From the NCBI GenBank assembly GCA_964483315.1, contig CAZAAL010000003.1:23997-87996 (forward strand): a DNA stretch of 64,000 nucleotides, written 5' to 3'. A model generated the notes under the pieces. That model was not told the origin of the DNA, did not search any database, and saw only the letters and a list, made by a program, of their open reading frames with translations. The position numbers were made by a program, and so were the translations under genes. This document shows, one piece after another, positions 9,514 through 17,984 of this stretch (the stretch's first letter is position 1; the number at the start of each line of letters is the position of its first letter). This DNA comes from an uncultured Candidatus Saccharibacteria bacterium (GTDB lineage: Bacteria > Patescibacteriota > Saccharimonadia > Saccharimonadales > UBA10212).

Positions 9514-11282
9514 TGATTGCTAAAAAAATATTATTGAGTTTTTTTGTTCTTTTTGCAGGATTTATATATTTTCTTTCGCCGGCTGTCTATGCAGATGTTA
9601 ATGACTTTGTAATTACGGATTTTTCGGCGGACTATTATTTATCAAAAGATAACCCACATGGTTCATTGAACGTTAATGAACTTATATGGGTCAACTTTTC
9701 TGATAACAATCATGGTATATTACGGGCTATACCAGACGTATATAATGGCCACAACCTTAATGTTGAGGTCCTTAAAGTTACAGACCAAAATGGTAAAATT
9801 ATTCCTTATACGACCTATAAATCAAACGATAACCTAGTTTTAAAAATTGGAGACCCAGACAAAACTGTAACTGGCTTGAATGGATATAAAATTGACTATA
9901 GCTTAGTGGGGCCGATTAGTTTTTATGGTGATCATGATGAGTTTTTTTGGGATGTAAATGGCGACCAGTGGCTACAGCCCGCTAAAAAAGTCACGGCTCG
10001 TATTCATGTTCCGCAGTCGCTGAACAACCAATTATTACCTGCCCAAAAATGCTTTGCCGGAGTTTATGGGCAGTCAACTTATCCATGTACTATAGATAGG
10101 TCCAACCAAGCTGACGGGGCAACAACAATTACGGCTGTAACCGATAACTTAGAGCAATACGAAACGCTCAGTTTTGTAATTGCCTTTAAAGCCAACACGT
10201 TTGCGCCGTATACCTGGAAAGATGAGCTGTTAGAACACAAAAGGGATCTTATATTTGCACTTGCTTCACTGATTTTAGCTAGTTTTGCTTCAGTAATTTG
10301 GTGGCGTAATGGCAAAGACTACAAGGGTAGGGGAGTTTTAATCGCAGAATATAAACCTCCAAAGGGTGTAGATCCGCTAAGAGCAGGTATGTTGCAAGAT
10401 TATAGGTTGGATGGTCGCGACGTTACAGCCGAAATTATTAATCTGGCTGTAAAAAAGTACATCACCATAAACGAAGAACTTCAAAAAAAGGCTATATTTT
10501 TTAATTCAAAAAAGTATAGTTTAGAGCTAAAAATCACTGATACATCTAAGTTAAGCGAATATGAGGATCGATTAATCAGGGCGTTATTTAGCACTTTTAG
10601 TGTTGGGAGCAAGTTGGAGCTTGGCGAATACAACCCAGAACTCTCAAAAGCTGTAGTAAAAATTAGTGACGATTTAGGTGCAACAATGGCTAGTGAGGGA
10701 TATTATGAAAAAAATCCTAAAAAATTTGTTGGCGGCAAGATGGGGGGATTAGTATTTTTATCAATTGTTCTTACATTTTTAGCATTTTTCTTAAGTGCCC
10801 CGATTGGCGGATTTATTGGTTTGATCAGTATTTTAGTCATATCAATGCTTATAACTCTTATGCCTAGGCGCTCACGTTTGGGCGTATCAGCCCATGAAAG
10901 TCTAAAGGGTTTAAAGTACTACATTGAAGTTGCCGAAAAAGATAGGATTAGAAAACTGCAGTCAGCCGGAGCAAAGTATGCCAAATCCGCTCATGAGCCA
11001 ACTAAGACGGTCGAGTTATTCGAAAAACTTTTGCCGTACGCCATAATATTTGGGGTTGAACGATCATGGGCAAAACAATTTAAAGATATATATACAACTC
11101 AACCCGAGTGGTATCAGGGTAATATGGGCACCTTTAACTCCGTTATTCTAACTAATCACATACTTTCCAGTACCTCAGCTGTTAACTCCTCATTTGCTAG
11201 TCCTTCAAGTAGCGGAGGCTCTGGATTTTCGGGTGGAGGCGCTGGCGGAGGCGGCGGAGGCGGAGGCGGTGGTGGCTGGTAA
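9513..11282 (+). CDS. DUF2207-like membrane protein with a C-terminal poly-Gly tail
   Basis: Signal/TM N-terminus, extracytoplasmic beta-rich domain, several TM helices, and a tail SSGGSGFSGGGAGGGGGGGGGGGW as seen in DUF2207 proteins. Start overlaps the stop of the permease gene. Confidence 0.65.
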   Translation: MIAKKILLSFFVLFAGFIYFLSPAVYADVNDFVITDFSADYYLSKDNPHGSLNVNELIWVNFSDNNHGILRAIPDVYNGHNLNVEVLKVTDQNGKIIPYTTYKSNDNLVLKIGDPDKTVTGLNGYKIDYSLVGPISFYGDHDEFFWDVNGDQWLQPAKKVTARIHVPQSLNNQLLPAQKCFAGVYGQSTYPCTIDRSNQADGATTITAVTDNLEQYETLSFVIAFKANTFAPYTWKDELLEHKRDLIFALASLILASFASVIWWRNGKDYKGRGVLIAEYKPPKGVDPLRAGMLQDYRLDGRDVTAEIINLAVKKYITINEELQKKAIFFNSKKYSLELKITDTSKLSEYEDRLIRALFSTFSVGSKLELGEYNPELSKAVVKISDDLGATMASEGYYEKNPKKFVGGKMGGLVFLSIVLTFLAFFLSAPIGGFIGLISILVISMLITLMPRRSRLGVSAHESLKGLKYYIEVAEKDRIRKLQSAGAKYAKSAHEPTKTVELFEKLLPYAIIFGVERSWAKQFKDIYTTQPEWYQGNMGTFNSVILTNHILSSTSAVNSSFASPSSSGGSGFSGGGAGGGGGGGGGGGW

Positions 11283-11294
11283 GCCAAAAAAGTT

Positions 11295-11789
11295 ATGAAA
11301 AGAATCAAAAAAACTGACAAGCAATATTTAAGAACCATTATCTTTGGGGTAGAGGACAGTCTAGTCTCAACTACTGGATTAATCGCAGGCATCGGTGTTG
11401 GTTCGGATAACAAAAAATTTGTTTTACTGGCAGGCACGGTGGCTATTTTTATTGAAGCAATATCAATGGGGGCAGGTGAATACATTAGTGATGACGGTGT
11501 AAATGACGACAAAAAACACCATATTCCCATAATTAGCGGTGTACTGATGTTTTTATCATATATGCTTGCTGGGCTGTTACCGCTGGCACCAATTGTCCTT
11601 GCCTCTTACCCAGAATCATTAGTTTATGGCGTGATAATTGCATTCACAGGCTTATTTTTACTAGGCTGGGCCAAGGGTAAGATCCTAGGAACATCACCAA
11701 TCAAAAGTGGGCTTAAAGTACTAGCAATCGGGGGGATAGCGACTCTAGCCGGTATAACAATCGGTAGTATGTTTGAGGTAAACGGCTAA
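11295..11789 (+). CDS. VIT1/CCC1 family (iron/manganese) transporter-like membrane protein
   Basis: FGVEDSLVSTTGLIAGIG and IEAISMGAGEY blocks resemble the VIT family. Four to five TM helices. Confidence 0.65.
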   Translation: MKRIKKTDKQYLRTIIFGVEDSLVSTTGLIAGIGVGSDNKKFVLLAGTVAIFIEAISMGAGEYISDDGVNDDKKHHIPIISGVLMFLSYMLAGLLPLAPIVLASYPESLVYGVIIAFTGLFLLGWAKGKILGTSPIKSGLKVLAIGGIATLAGITIGSMFEVNG

Positions 11790-12172
11790 TGTTTAGGGTT
11801 ACTCAAGAACAGTTTGAAGACCTGGTCGAACATGGCATAAATTCAATTCCAAAAACATTCAGGGATAAGATTGACAATATTGCATTCGTAACTCAGGATG
11901 AACCGACTACTGAACAGAGAAGAGAGCTTGGCTTAAGATGCGATCAAACACTATTTGGGCTGTATGAAGGCGTTCCACTGCCTCAGCGCATGGGTGCAAT
12001 GAAAATAGTTCCTGACAAAATAACGATTTTTAAGCATCCAATTGAGTCGTATAGTCGCACTTTTTTAGATGTTAAAAAACAAGTTGTTCACACAGTTTGG
12101 CATGAGGTAGCCCATTATTTTGGGCTTGATCATGACAGAATACACGAGATTGAGCGTAAAAATAATTTATAA
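11789..12172 (+). CDS. Small zinc metallopeptidase-like protein (minigluzincin/DUF1025-like)
   Basis: C-terminal HEVAHYFG (HExxH) and LFGLYEG motifs typical of this small family. Confidence 0.6.
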   Translation: MFRVTQEQFEDLVEHGINSIPKTFRDKIDNIAFVTQDEPTTEQRRELGLRCDQTLFGLYEGVPLPQRMGAMKIVPDKITIFKHPIESYSRTFLDVKKQVVHTVWHEVAHYFGLDHDRIHEIERKNNL

Positions 12173-12177
12173 AAAAA

Positions 12178-12203
12178 CCGCCCGGAGGTAGGGCGGTTTT
12201 TTT
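12178..12203. terminator. Bidirectional rho-independent terminator between convergent genes
   Basis: CCGCCC-ggaggta-GGGCGG hairpin flanked by A7 upstream and T7 downstream. Confidence 0.7.
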
Positions 12204-12234
12204 AAGGTATGGCTTTATTTACGGTTTAAATTTA

Positions 12235-12696
12235 CTAAAATGGACCGTGACCTCCACGGGGTCCACCATGACCCTCTATCTTTGGCATAACCTCATCTAG
12301 GTTAATGCCGTTTTCATCGGCCCATTTCTTGAATTCATCACGAACTGCTTCACGCTGTTCGCGGTTTTCGGCCCTTTGATCTTGCCGATTCTTACGCATT
12401 TCTTCCAGCTTTGCAATCAACTTGGTCTTTTGATCTTCAGTTATTTTTCCGTTTTTAACAGCTTGATTTAACTTTTCTTCAAGTCGTTGTTTATGATCCG
12501 CTTGATGCTCAGCACGTTGCTCATTAAATACTTTTTGAACCTCATCTTTATTTAGGTTAAACTTTTCAGCAATTTTATCGACAACCGGTGGGTACTTTTC
12601 ATCGGCTGAATCAGCCAACGCAAGTCCGCTTAGCGCTCCAGCTCCAACTACTCCTGCAGTAACCGCTAGGGCTACAAAACTTTTGTTTACTTTCAT
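12235..12696 (-). CDS. Secreted charged helical protein with a CpxP/Spy-like LTxxQ-type motif
   Basis: Signal peptide (MKVNKSFVALAVTAGVVGAGALSGLALA). Lys/Glu/Gln-rich helices and an ITEDQKTKL motif. Divergent from the two-component operon. Confidence 0.5.
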   Translation of the reverse strand: MKVNKSFVALAVTAGVVGAGALSGLALADSADEKYPPVVDKIAEKFNLNKDEVQKVFNEQRAEHQADHKQRLEEKLNQAVKNGKITEDQKTKLIAKLEEMRKNRQDQRAENREQREAVRDEFKKWADENGINLDEVMPKIEGHGGPRGGHGPF

Positions 12697-12743
12697 ATAT
12701 TTGCGCTCCTTTCCAAGACGCTAAGTAAATCTTAAGCGCATAA

Positions 12744-12761
12744 ACTGAAACTTTACTGAAA
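12744..12761. promoter_or_regulatory. Direct repeat ACTGAAA-N4-ACTGAAA (11-bp register), a candidate OmpR-family response-regulator site
   Basis: Exact 7-mer repeated at 12744 and 12755 in the divergent intergenic region. An inverted TTTCAG lies at 12787-12792. Confidence 0.35.
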
Positions 12762-12816
12762 GTTTTAAAAAAGTTTCTCAGAATATTTTCAGGGAGGGGC
12801 TGTTAAAATTAAACTA

Positions 12817-13503
12817 GTGAGAATTTTAGTTGTTGAAGATGAATACAAAATTGGCCAGGCTCTAAAAAAGGGTCTTAGCCAGGAAGGCTATGCAGTTGAC
12901 CTAGAATCCGATGGTGATAGTGGGCTTCAATCCGCAACAACAGGCCACTATGATCTGTTAATCCTCGACAGAATGTTGCCCGGGCAGTTTGATGGAGTCC
13001 AGATTGCCCGATCTATGCGCGCAAGTAATATCGATGTACCTATACTAATGCTTACAGCTAAGGATGCGATATCTGATAGAGTCGAAGGGCTAGATTCAGG
13101 CGCTAATGATTACCTTGTAAAACCATTTGCGTTTGATGAATTGTTAGCAAGGGTAAGGGCTTTACTTAGAAAAACAACACCACATAAAACAAGTAACATA
13201 AAGTATGCCGATCTTACCCTAGACACAAAAAACAAAGTTGCTGTTCGTGGGGGTAAAACGATTGATTTAACCGCTAAAGAATATGCGCTTTTGAGCTATT
13301 TTATGCATAATCCGGAGATGGTTATTAGTAAAGATCAGCTTATCGAACATGTTTGGGATTTTGATGCCGATATACTACCAAATAATGTCGAGGCGTATGT
13401 TGGATATTTACGCTCTAAAATTGAGCAACCATTTAAAGATTCGCCAAAACTGATTCACACCCGGAGAGGCTTTGGTTATATGTTTAGTTTGGAGAATCGT
13501 TAA
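12817..13503 (+). CDS. OmpR/PhoB-family response regulator
   Basis: Receiver domain (ILVVEDE, LLILDRMLPG, MLTAK, YLVKPF) plus a winged-helix output domain (LTAKEYALLSYF...RRGFGY). GTG start. Confidence 0.9.
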   Translation: MRILVVEDEYKIGQALKKGLSQEGYAVDLESDGDSGLQSATTGHYDLLILDRMLPGQFDGVQIARSMRASNIDVPILMLTAKDAISDRVEGLDSGANDYLVKPFAFDELLARVRALLRKTTPHKTSNIKYADLTLDTKNKVAVRGGKTIDLTAKEYALLSYFMHNPEMVISKDQLIEHVWDFDADILPNNVEAYVGYLRSKIEQPFKDSPKLIHTRRGFGYMFSLENR

Positions 13504-14529
13504 GTGTTTAATGATGCTGCTAAAAAGCTTGCACTTATATATGTTTGTGCATTAATGCTTGTCAGTATGACTGCCAGTTTTGCGATGTATAGAATGGCAG
13601 ATAGTCAATTCGAACGAGGACTAAGACGTCAGCAGGAATCAATTGTAAACCGTCAAGCTCCTCGTAATTTGCTACTTAACGAGCTCGATAGATTGCGAAC
13701 TCAATATCAAAATGAAGCTCGAGCCGGTTTGCTTAGGGGGCTTTTACTTTTTAATCTAAGCGTACTGATAGGTGGTGCATATCTTAGCTATGTCTCGGCA
13801 AAGTTTACCCTTAGACCAATCAAAGAGGCAATGGAAGCTCAAAGTCGCTTTACCGCAGATGCTAGTCACGAACTAAGAACGCCTCTAAGCGCTATGAAAA
13901 GCGAGATCGAAGTAACTCTAAGGTCAAAAAACCTTAGTACTGCCGAAGCCAAGGAGGTCTTAAAAAGTAATTTAGAAGAAGTAAATAATCTAGAACAACT
14001 AACCTCGGGTCTTTTAACTTTAGCAAGAGCGCCCGAACAAAACATTAAGCTTACAAAAACTGACTTAGCAAATGTATTTTCATCTGTAAAAAGACAATCA
14101 ATTAAAAGCGCAAAAAACAAGCAGATTAAATTAAGAATTGAAAAACCAGTTTCAATATTTGTCGTGGCGCACGAGCCTACTCTGGTTAGCTTAATATTAA
14201 TTTTGGTAGATAATGCAATTAAATATAGTGAGCCAACTAAAATTATTGACGTAGGATTTGTAAGTTCAAAAGATATCACACAGATCTTTGTAAAAGACCA
14301 AGGGGTTGGTATAAGGCTGGCTGATCAGCAAAAAATATTTCAAAGATTTTATCGAGCGGATGCTTCAAGGACAAAATCAAAACAGGTCGGTGGCTATGGG
14401 CTTGGGTTAGCGATTGCGCAGACAATAGCAACTCAACATCACACAAAAATTCTGTTGGATTCTGAGTATAAAAAGGGCAGTGAGTTTAGCTTTGTTCTAA
14501 AAAATTGGTCAAAGGATGATAAAATATAG
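13504..14529 (+). CDS. Sensor histidine kinase (HisKA + HATPase_c)
   Basis: Two TM helices. H-box FTADASHELRTPL, N-box LVDNAIKYS, G1 DQGVGI and G2 GGYGLGLAIA. GTG start directly after the regulator stop. Confidence 0.85.
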   Translation: MFNDAAKKLALIYVCALMLVSMTASFAMYRMADSQFERGLRRQQESIVNRQAPRNLLLNELDRLRTQYQNEARAGLLRGLLLFNLSVLIGGAYLSYVSAKFTLRPIKEAMEAQSRFTADASHELRTPLSAMKSEIEVTLRSKNLSTAEAKEVLKSNLEEVNNLEQLTSGLLTLARAPEQNIKLTKTDLANVFSSVKRQSIKSAKNKQIKLRIEKPVSIFVVAHEPTLVSLILILVDNAIKYSEPTKIIDVGFVSSKDITQIFVKDQGVGIRLADQQKIFQRFYRADASRTKSKQVGGYGLGLAIAQTIATQHHTKILLDSEYKKGSEFSFVLKNWSKDDKI

Positions 14530-14536
14530 CCTAACT

Positions 14537-15022
14537 ATGGCAAAGACTACGGCACATAAACGTAAAAAAAAGGCTTCAGTAAAAGCAAAAAGTAAGCCCG
14601 CTGTTAGCAAGCCCATTCATCAAGAGGCAGCTAATGAAGTTCAGTCAGTTGAACAAGCTGATTTAAAAACCGAAAGAACTTGGGTTGATGCAATAATTAT
14701 TTTTGTATTTGTTGGATTAGCTCTTGTAGTGGCGTTTATGGCCACCAATAACAATGATGGTTATCAGCTTGATGACAACCAAAAATCTGGCGGTGACAGC
14801 CAGGGCATAGGTATAGGAGTGGATTCAGACAGTGATCTTGGTCAACTTGGCCAATCAAGCGGCGCAAGTCCTGGGCAGACTCAGGGGGATTCGAGTTCAA
14901 ATCCTCAAAATCCGGCTGGCTACAACCAAGGCTCTTCAGGTGAGTTCCAGAACACCGTAGATAAATGCTCATATCAGCAATTTGAACAATCGCCTCTAAG
15001 CCCAGAGTGTATCAACCGCTAG
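14537..15022 (+). CDS. Hypothetical single-pass membrane protein with a Gly/Ser/Gln-rich ectodomain
   Basis: Basic N-terminus, one TM helix, a low-complexity region, and two C-terminal Cys. An alternative start at 14516 would overlap the kinase gene. Confidence 0.45.
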   Translation: MAKTTAHKRKKKASVKAKSKPAVSKPIHQEAANEVQSVEQADLKTERTWVDAIIIFVFVGLALVVAFMATNNNDGYQLDDNQKSGGDSQGIGIGVDSDSDLGQLGQSSGASPGQTQGDSSSNPQNPAGYNQGSSGEFQNTVDKCSYQQFEQSPLSPECINR

Positions 15023-15083
15023 TGTTGTTAGGTTGCTAAAGATAGGATAGAATTAGATTAAATTAATTGGCGAGGAATAAGAC

Positions 15084-15914
15084 GTGTCAAAATTGACTGC
15101 TAAATTACCATTTTCAAAGAAATCTAAAACATCAAAAATTACATTTGCTAGTTTAAAAAAGTACAATCTTGTTGCTGCTGGACTACATTTTATACAAGGC
15201 GTATTGGTGCTTGTGCTAGCGGATCCAAATAAGGGCATCCAACCAGTCACAACAAATTACTTAACTACAGACACATTAGCGACTGAGGCTACGGGGTCAC
15301 CTGTTTTAGTCCAGGGATCGACATTGCTCTTTGATGTTAACCTTGCATATTTAGTAGCTGCTTTCTTTTTTATGAGTGCGATAGCTCATGTTGTTGTTGC
15401 GTTTTGGTATCGAAAACGCTATGAAGCTGATCTTAAGATTGGTGTAAATAAGGCTAGATGGGTTGAATATTCAATCAGTGCTAGCACTATGATGATTGCG
15501 ATTAGCTTACTTTCAGGCATTTTTGACTTATCAACACTATTAATGATTTTTGCCCTAACAGCAATAATGAACATCATGGGCCTTTCAATGGAATTGTTCA
15601 ATCGTGGCGCAAAACAGCCAAACTGGTTTAGTTATTGGGTTGGAGTTCTAGCCGGGATAATTCCTTGGGTAGTTTTTGCCATCTATGTATGGGGTGCTTC
15701 GGTTTACGGTAGTGGAGTTCCAACCTTTGTTTATTGGATATACCTAAGCATATTCTTATTCTTTAATTGTTTTGCGGTAAACATGTGGCTTCAATACAAA
15801 AAAGTGGGTAAATGGTCAGACTATCTGTATGGCGAGAGAACTTATATAATCCTTAGTTTAGTTGCTAAATCAGCACTTGCGTGGCAGGTCTTCGCCGGGA
15901 CTCTCCGCCCTTAA
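15084..15914 (+). CDS. Heliorhodopsin
   Basis: Seven TM helices. Blocks RWVEYSISAS (TM3 Glu), GIIPWVVF, FLFFNCFAV and GERTYIILSLVAKSALAWQVFAGTL (TM7 Lys) closely match heliorhodopsin 48C12 as I recall it. GTG start with a GAGGA SD 8 nt upstream. Confidence 0.85.
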   Translation: MSKLTAKLPFSKKSKTSKITFASLKKYNLVAAGLHFIQGVLVLVLADPNKGIQPVTTNYLTTDTLATEATGSPVLVQGSTLLFDVNLAYLVAAFFFMSAIAHVVVAFWYRKRYEADLKIGVNKARWVEYSISASTMMIAISLLSGIFDLSTLLMIFALTAIMNIMGLSMELFNRGAKQPNWFSYWVGVLAGIIPWVVFAIYVWGASVYGSGVPTFVYWIYLSIFLFFNCFAVNMWLQYKKVGKWSDYLYGERTYIILSLVAKSALAWQVFAGTLRP

Positions 15915-15920
15915 TTAATA

Positions 15921-16628
15921 ATGAAGATACACAGGTTTTACGTTGGTGGACTACACGATAAGCGTGGGCCAGTTGAGCTTAGGCAACATATTTGGGTTCA
16001 TGATCCACACCTTTTGAACCAGTGGCTTAGGGTTTTAAGGTTAAGGTTGGGCGATCAAATTGAGTTGTTCGATGACAGCACTAAAACCGTACTTTATAAG
16101 ATAGACAAAATCGAGGAACTTTCTGTAGGGCTAAAATTAGTTACTGAGCTTCAGCCTACAATTCCCAAAAAACATATATATCTACTTTGGTCATTATTAA
16201 AAAAAGACAATAATGACCTAGTTTTGCAAAAATGTACAGAGCTTGGAGTCAAAAACTTCGTGCCAATTATAAGCCAAAGGACTGAAAAAACTGGTTTTGA
16301 TATAGATAGGGCAAGACGAATACTTATTGAAGCGTCAGAACAGTGTGGTCGGAGTGATATACCACACGTTCGGGAGCCGATTTTATTAACCGAAGCCCTA
16401 GATGAATATGCAAAATCAATCGATATTTACGTTGCCGACATGGCTGGTCAAGAGCAGATTTCACCTAGTGATTCAGTTGGCGTTTTAGTTGGGCCAGAAG
16501 GTGGATGGACTGATCAGGAAAAATCAGAATTTACGGCCAAAGGTATAAAACAACTAAGTATTCATGAGTTTACGCTTAGAGCCGAAACGGCTACTATAGC
16601 TGTAGTTTCAAAGATTATTTCGACATGA
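15921..16628 (+). CDS. rsmE: 16S rRNA (uracil1498-N3)-methyltransferase RsmE
   Basis: N-terminal HRFYV and PUA-like domain. SPOUT C-terminal domain with the GPEGGWT motif. Confidence 0.8.
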   Translation: MKIHRFYVGGLHDKRGPVELRQHIWVHDPHLLNQWLRVLRLRLGDQIELFDDSTKTVLYKIDKIEELSVGLKLVTELQPTIPKKHIYLLWSLLKKDNNDLVLQKCTELGVKNFVPIISQRTEKTGFDIDRARRILIEASEQCGRSDIPHVREPILLTEALDEYAKSIDIYVADMAGQEQISPSDSVGVLVGPEGGWTDQEKSEFTAKGIKQLSIHEFTLRAETATIAVVSKIIST

Positions 16629-17191
16629 TAAACACCATTGCACTAAATAACTTTCAAAATCTTGACGATCAAGAAAAAAGAAAAAACTTTGAGATATTTT
16701 TAGAAGCCAACAACTTCAGCAAACTATCAAATAATGAATATTCATTCAGTGGTCGCATCGGTCAATTTGACTTTGTACTTCGGCAAGGTCAAGATTTCTT
16801 TGGCAATAGCGAGCTTGCATTTATTATCGACGATATAAAGTTACCTCACGTTATTTTAAATTCAAAAAATAACAAGCTACAAAACATGGAGCATATGTCG
16901 TACAAGTATCTTGAGCTCGAGCTAGAAGGTAGCTTAAAAGATCAGTACACTATTTTATTAAATCGTGACAAAAATATTGAGGTATATGACTATATTAGCC
17001 CTGATACAATACAGATTCTACTTGATGATCCAATTTATGACGTGGAAACCTTTGGCACTAGAATCGCTTTTTTGTATGATGACTTGATTATTGAAAATAA
17101 CACAAAACTTTCAAAGATGTTCGATACCGCCGAAAAATTCATAGTACAGTTACTACAACAACATAATCCTAAGTATAAGCTGGTAGAATAA
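16625..17191 (+). CDS. Hypothetical protein
   Basis: 188-aa ORF with an ATGA overlap to rsmE. I recognise no motif. Confidence 0.45.
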   Translation: MINTIALNNFQNLDDQEKRKNFEIFLEANNFSKLSNNEYSFSGRIGQFDFVLRQGQDFFGNSELAFIIDDIKLPHVILNSKNNKLQNMEHMSYKYLELELEGSLKDQYTILLNRDKNIEVYDYISPDTIQILLDDPIYDVETFGTRIAFLYDDLIIENNTKLSKMFDTAEKFIVQLLQQHNPKYKLVE

Positions 17192-17198
17192 AGCACAA

Positions 17199-17969
17199 AT
17201 GGCATACGAACGAAGTCCGGCTTATAGGCCGGGACAAAAAGAACCGTATAAGCTCAGCCGGAGCCGGATTGAGAATTTTATTAGATGTCAACGTTGTTTT
17301 TGGCTGGCGCAAAGATTAAAAATCGACCAGCCTAGCTCACCACCATTTTTAATAAACTCGGCCGTCGATGAACTTCTTAAAACTGAGTTTGATACTTATC
17401 GGAACAAAGACGAACAACATCCTTGGCAAATTGAGTTTAAAGTCGACGCTAAGCCATTCAAGCACGCCAATCTTGATAGATGGCGGCATACTTTTACGGG
17501 CGTCCAACATCTGCACGATCCAACAAATTTGCTAATTTTTGGTGGGGTTGACGATGTGTGGGTTAACTCAAAAGACGAGCTAGTTGTAGTTGATTACAAA
17601 GCCACAGCCAAAAAAGATGAAATTACAAACTTAGGTCCGCAGGGCGGTTGGCACGATGCTTATCGAAGGCAAATGGAGGTTTACCAATGGCTCTTAAGGG
17701 GCGAAGGTCATAAGGTCAGCGACACAGGCTATTTTGTATATGCAAACGGCATTGCCACGGCTGATGGTTTTTTTAATAAAGTCGAGTTTAGGACAAACGT
17801 TTTTCCATACAAGGGCAGCGATAAATGGGTAGAACCCACACTAAAAGAAATTAAGAAAGTTCTTGAAAGTGATGAAATGCCCAAAGAATCGGCTGATTGC
17901 GAATTTTGTGCCTATGCCAAAAAGCGCACTCAATTGACGATTGATGCAATTAAAAACAAATCAAAATAA
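17199..17969 (+). CDS. PD-(D/E)XK nuclease superfamily protein, Cas4/AddB-like, with a 4-Cys cluster
   Basis: N-terminal CxxC (RCQRCFW), a core VVDYKAT (D-x-K) motif with QMEVYQW, and C-terminal CEFCAY. This pattern is typical of Cas4-like Fe-S nucleases. Confidence 0.6.
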   Translation: MAYERSPAYRPGQKEPYKLSRSRIENFIRCQRCFWLAQRLKIDQPSSPPFLINSAVDELLKTEFDTYRNKDEQHPWQIEFKVDAKPFKHANLDRWRHTFTGVQHLHDPTNLLIFGGVDDVWVNSKDELVVVDYKATAKKDEITNLGPQGGWHDAYRRQMEVYQWLLRGEGHKVSDTGYFVYANGIATADGFFNKVEFRTNVFPYKGSDKWVEPTLKEIKKVLESDEMPKESADCEFCAYAKKRTQLTIDAIKNKSK

Positions 17970-17984
17970 GAGTATAATAAAAGT

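Noticed and set aside
11156-11530. Antisense 124-aa ORF with a poly-Pro run opposite the DUF2207 poly-Gly tail.
   Set aside because: It is the mirror image of the GGN repeat in a well-supported sense gene and overlaps two sense genes. The same applies to the other antisense or embedded ORFs in the track. Examples are 539-754, 5323-5643, 5803-6000, 6418-6615, 7183-7449, 7589-7849, 8291-8569, 9072-9479, 10079-10315, 13866-14279 and 14736-14972. Further examples are 15053-15250, 15419-15601, 18526-19030, 20980-21216, 22839-23081, 23659-23985, 27117-27407, 28301-28573, 33461-33928 and 34476-35177. Others are 39333-39564, 39908-40175, 45621-45929, 49157-49970, 56047-56250, 56569-56763, 57299-57612, 60682-60891, 61865-62083 and 62411-62657. 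All lie inside stronger genes with recognisable homology on the other strand or in another frame.
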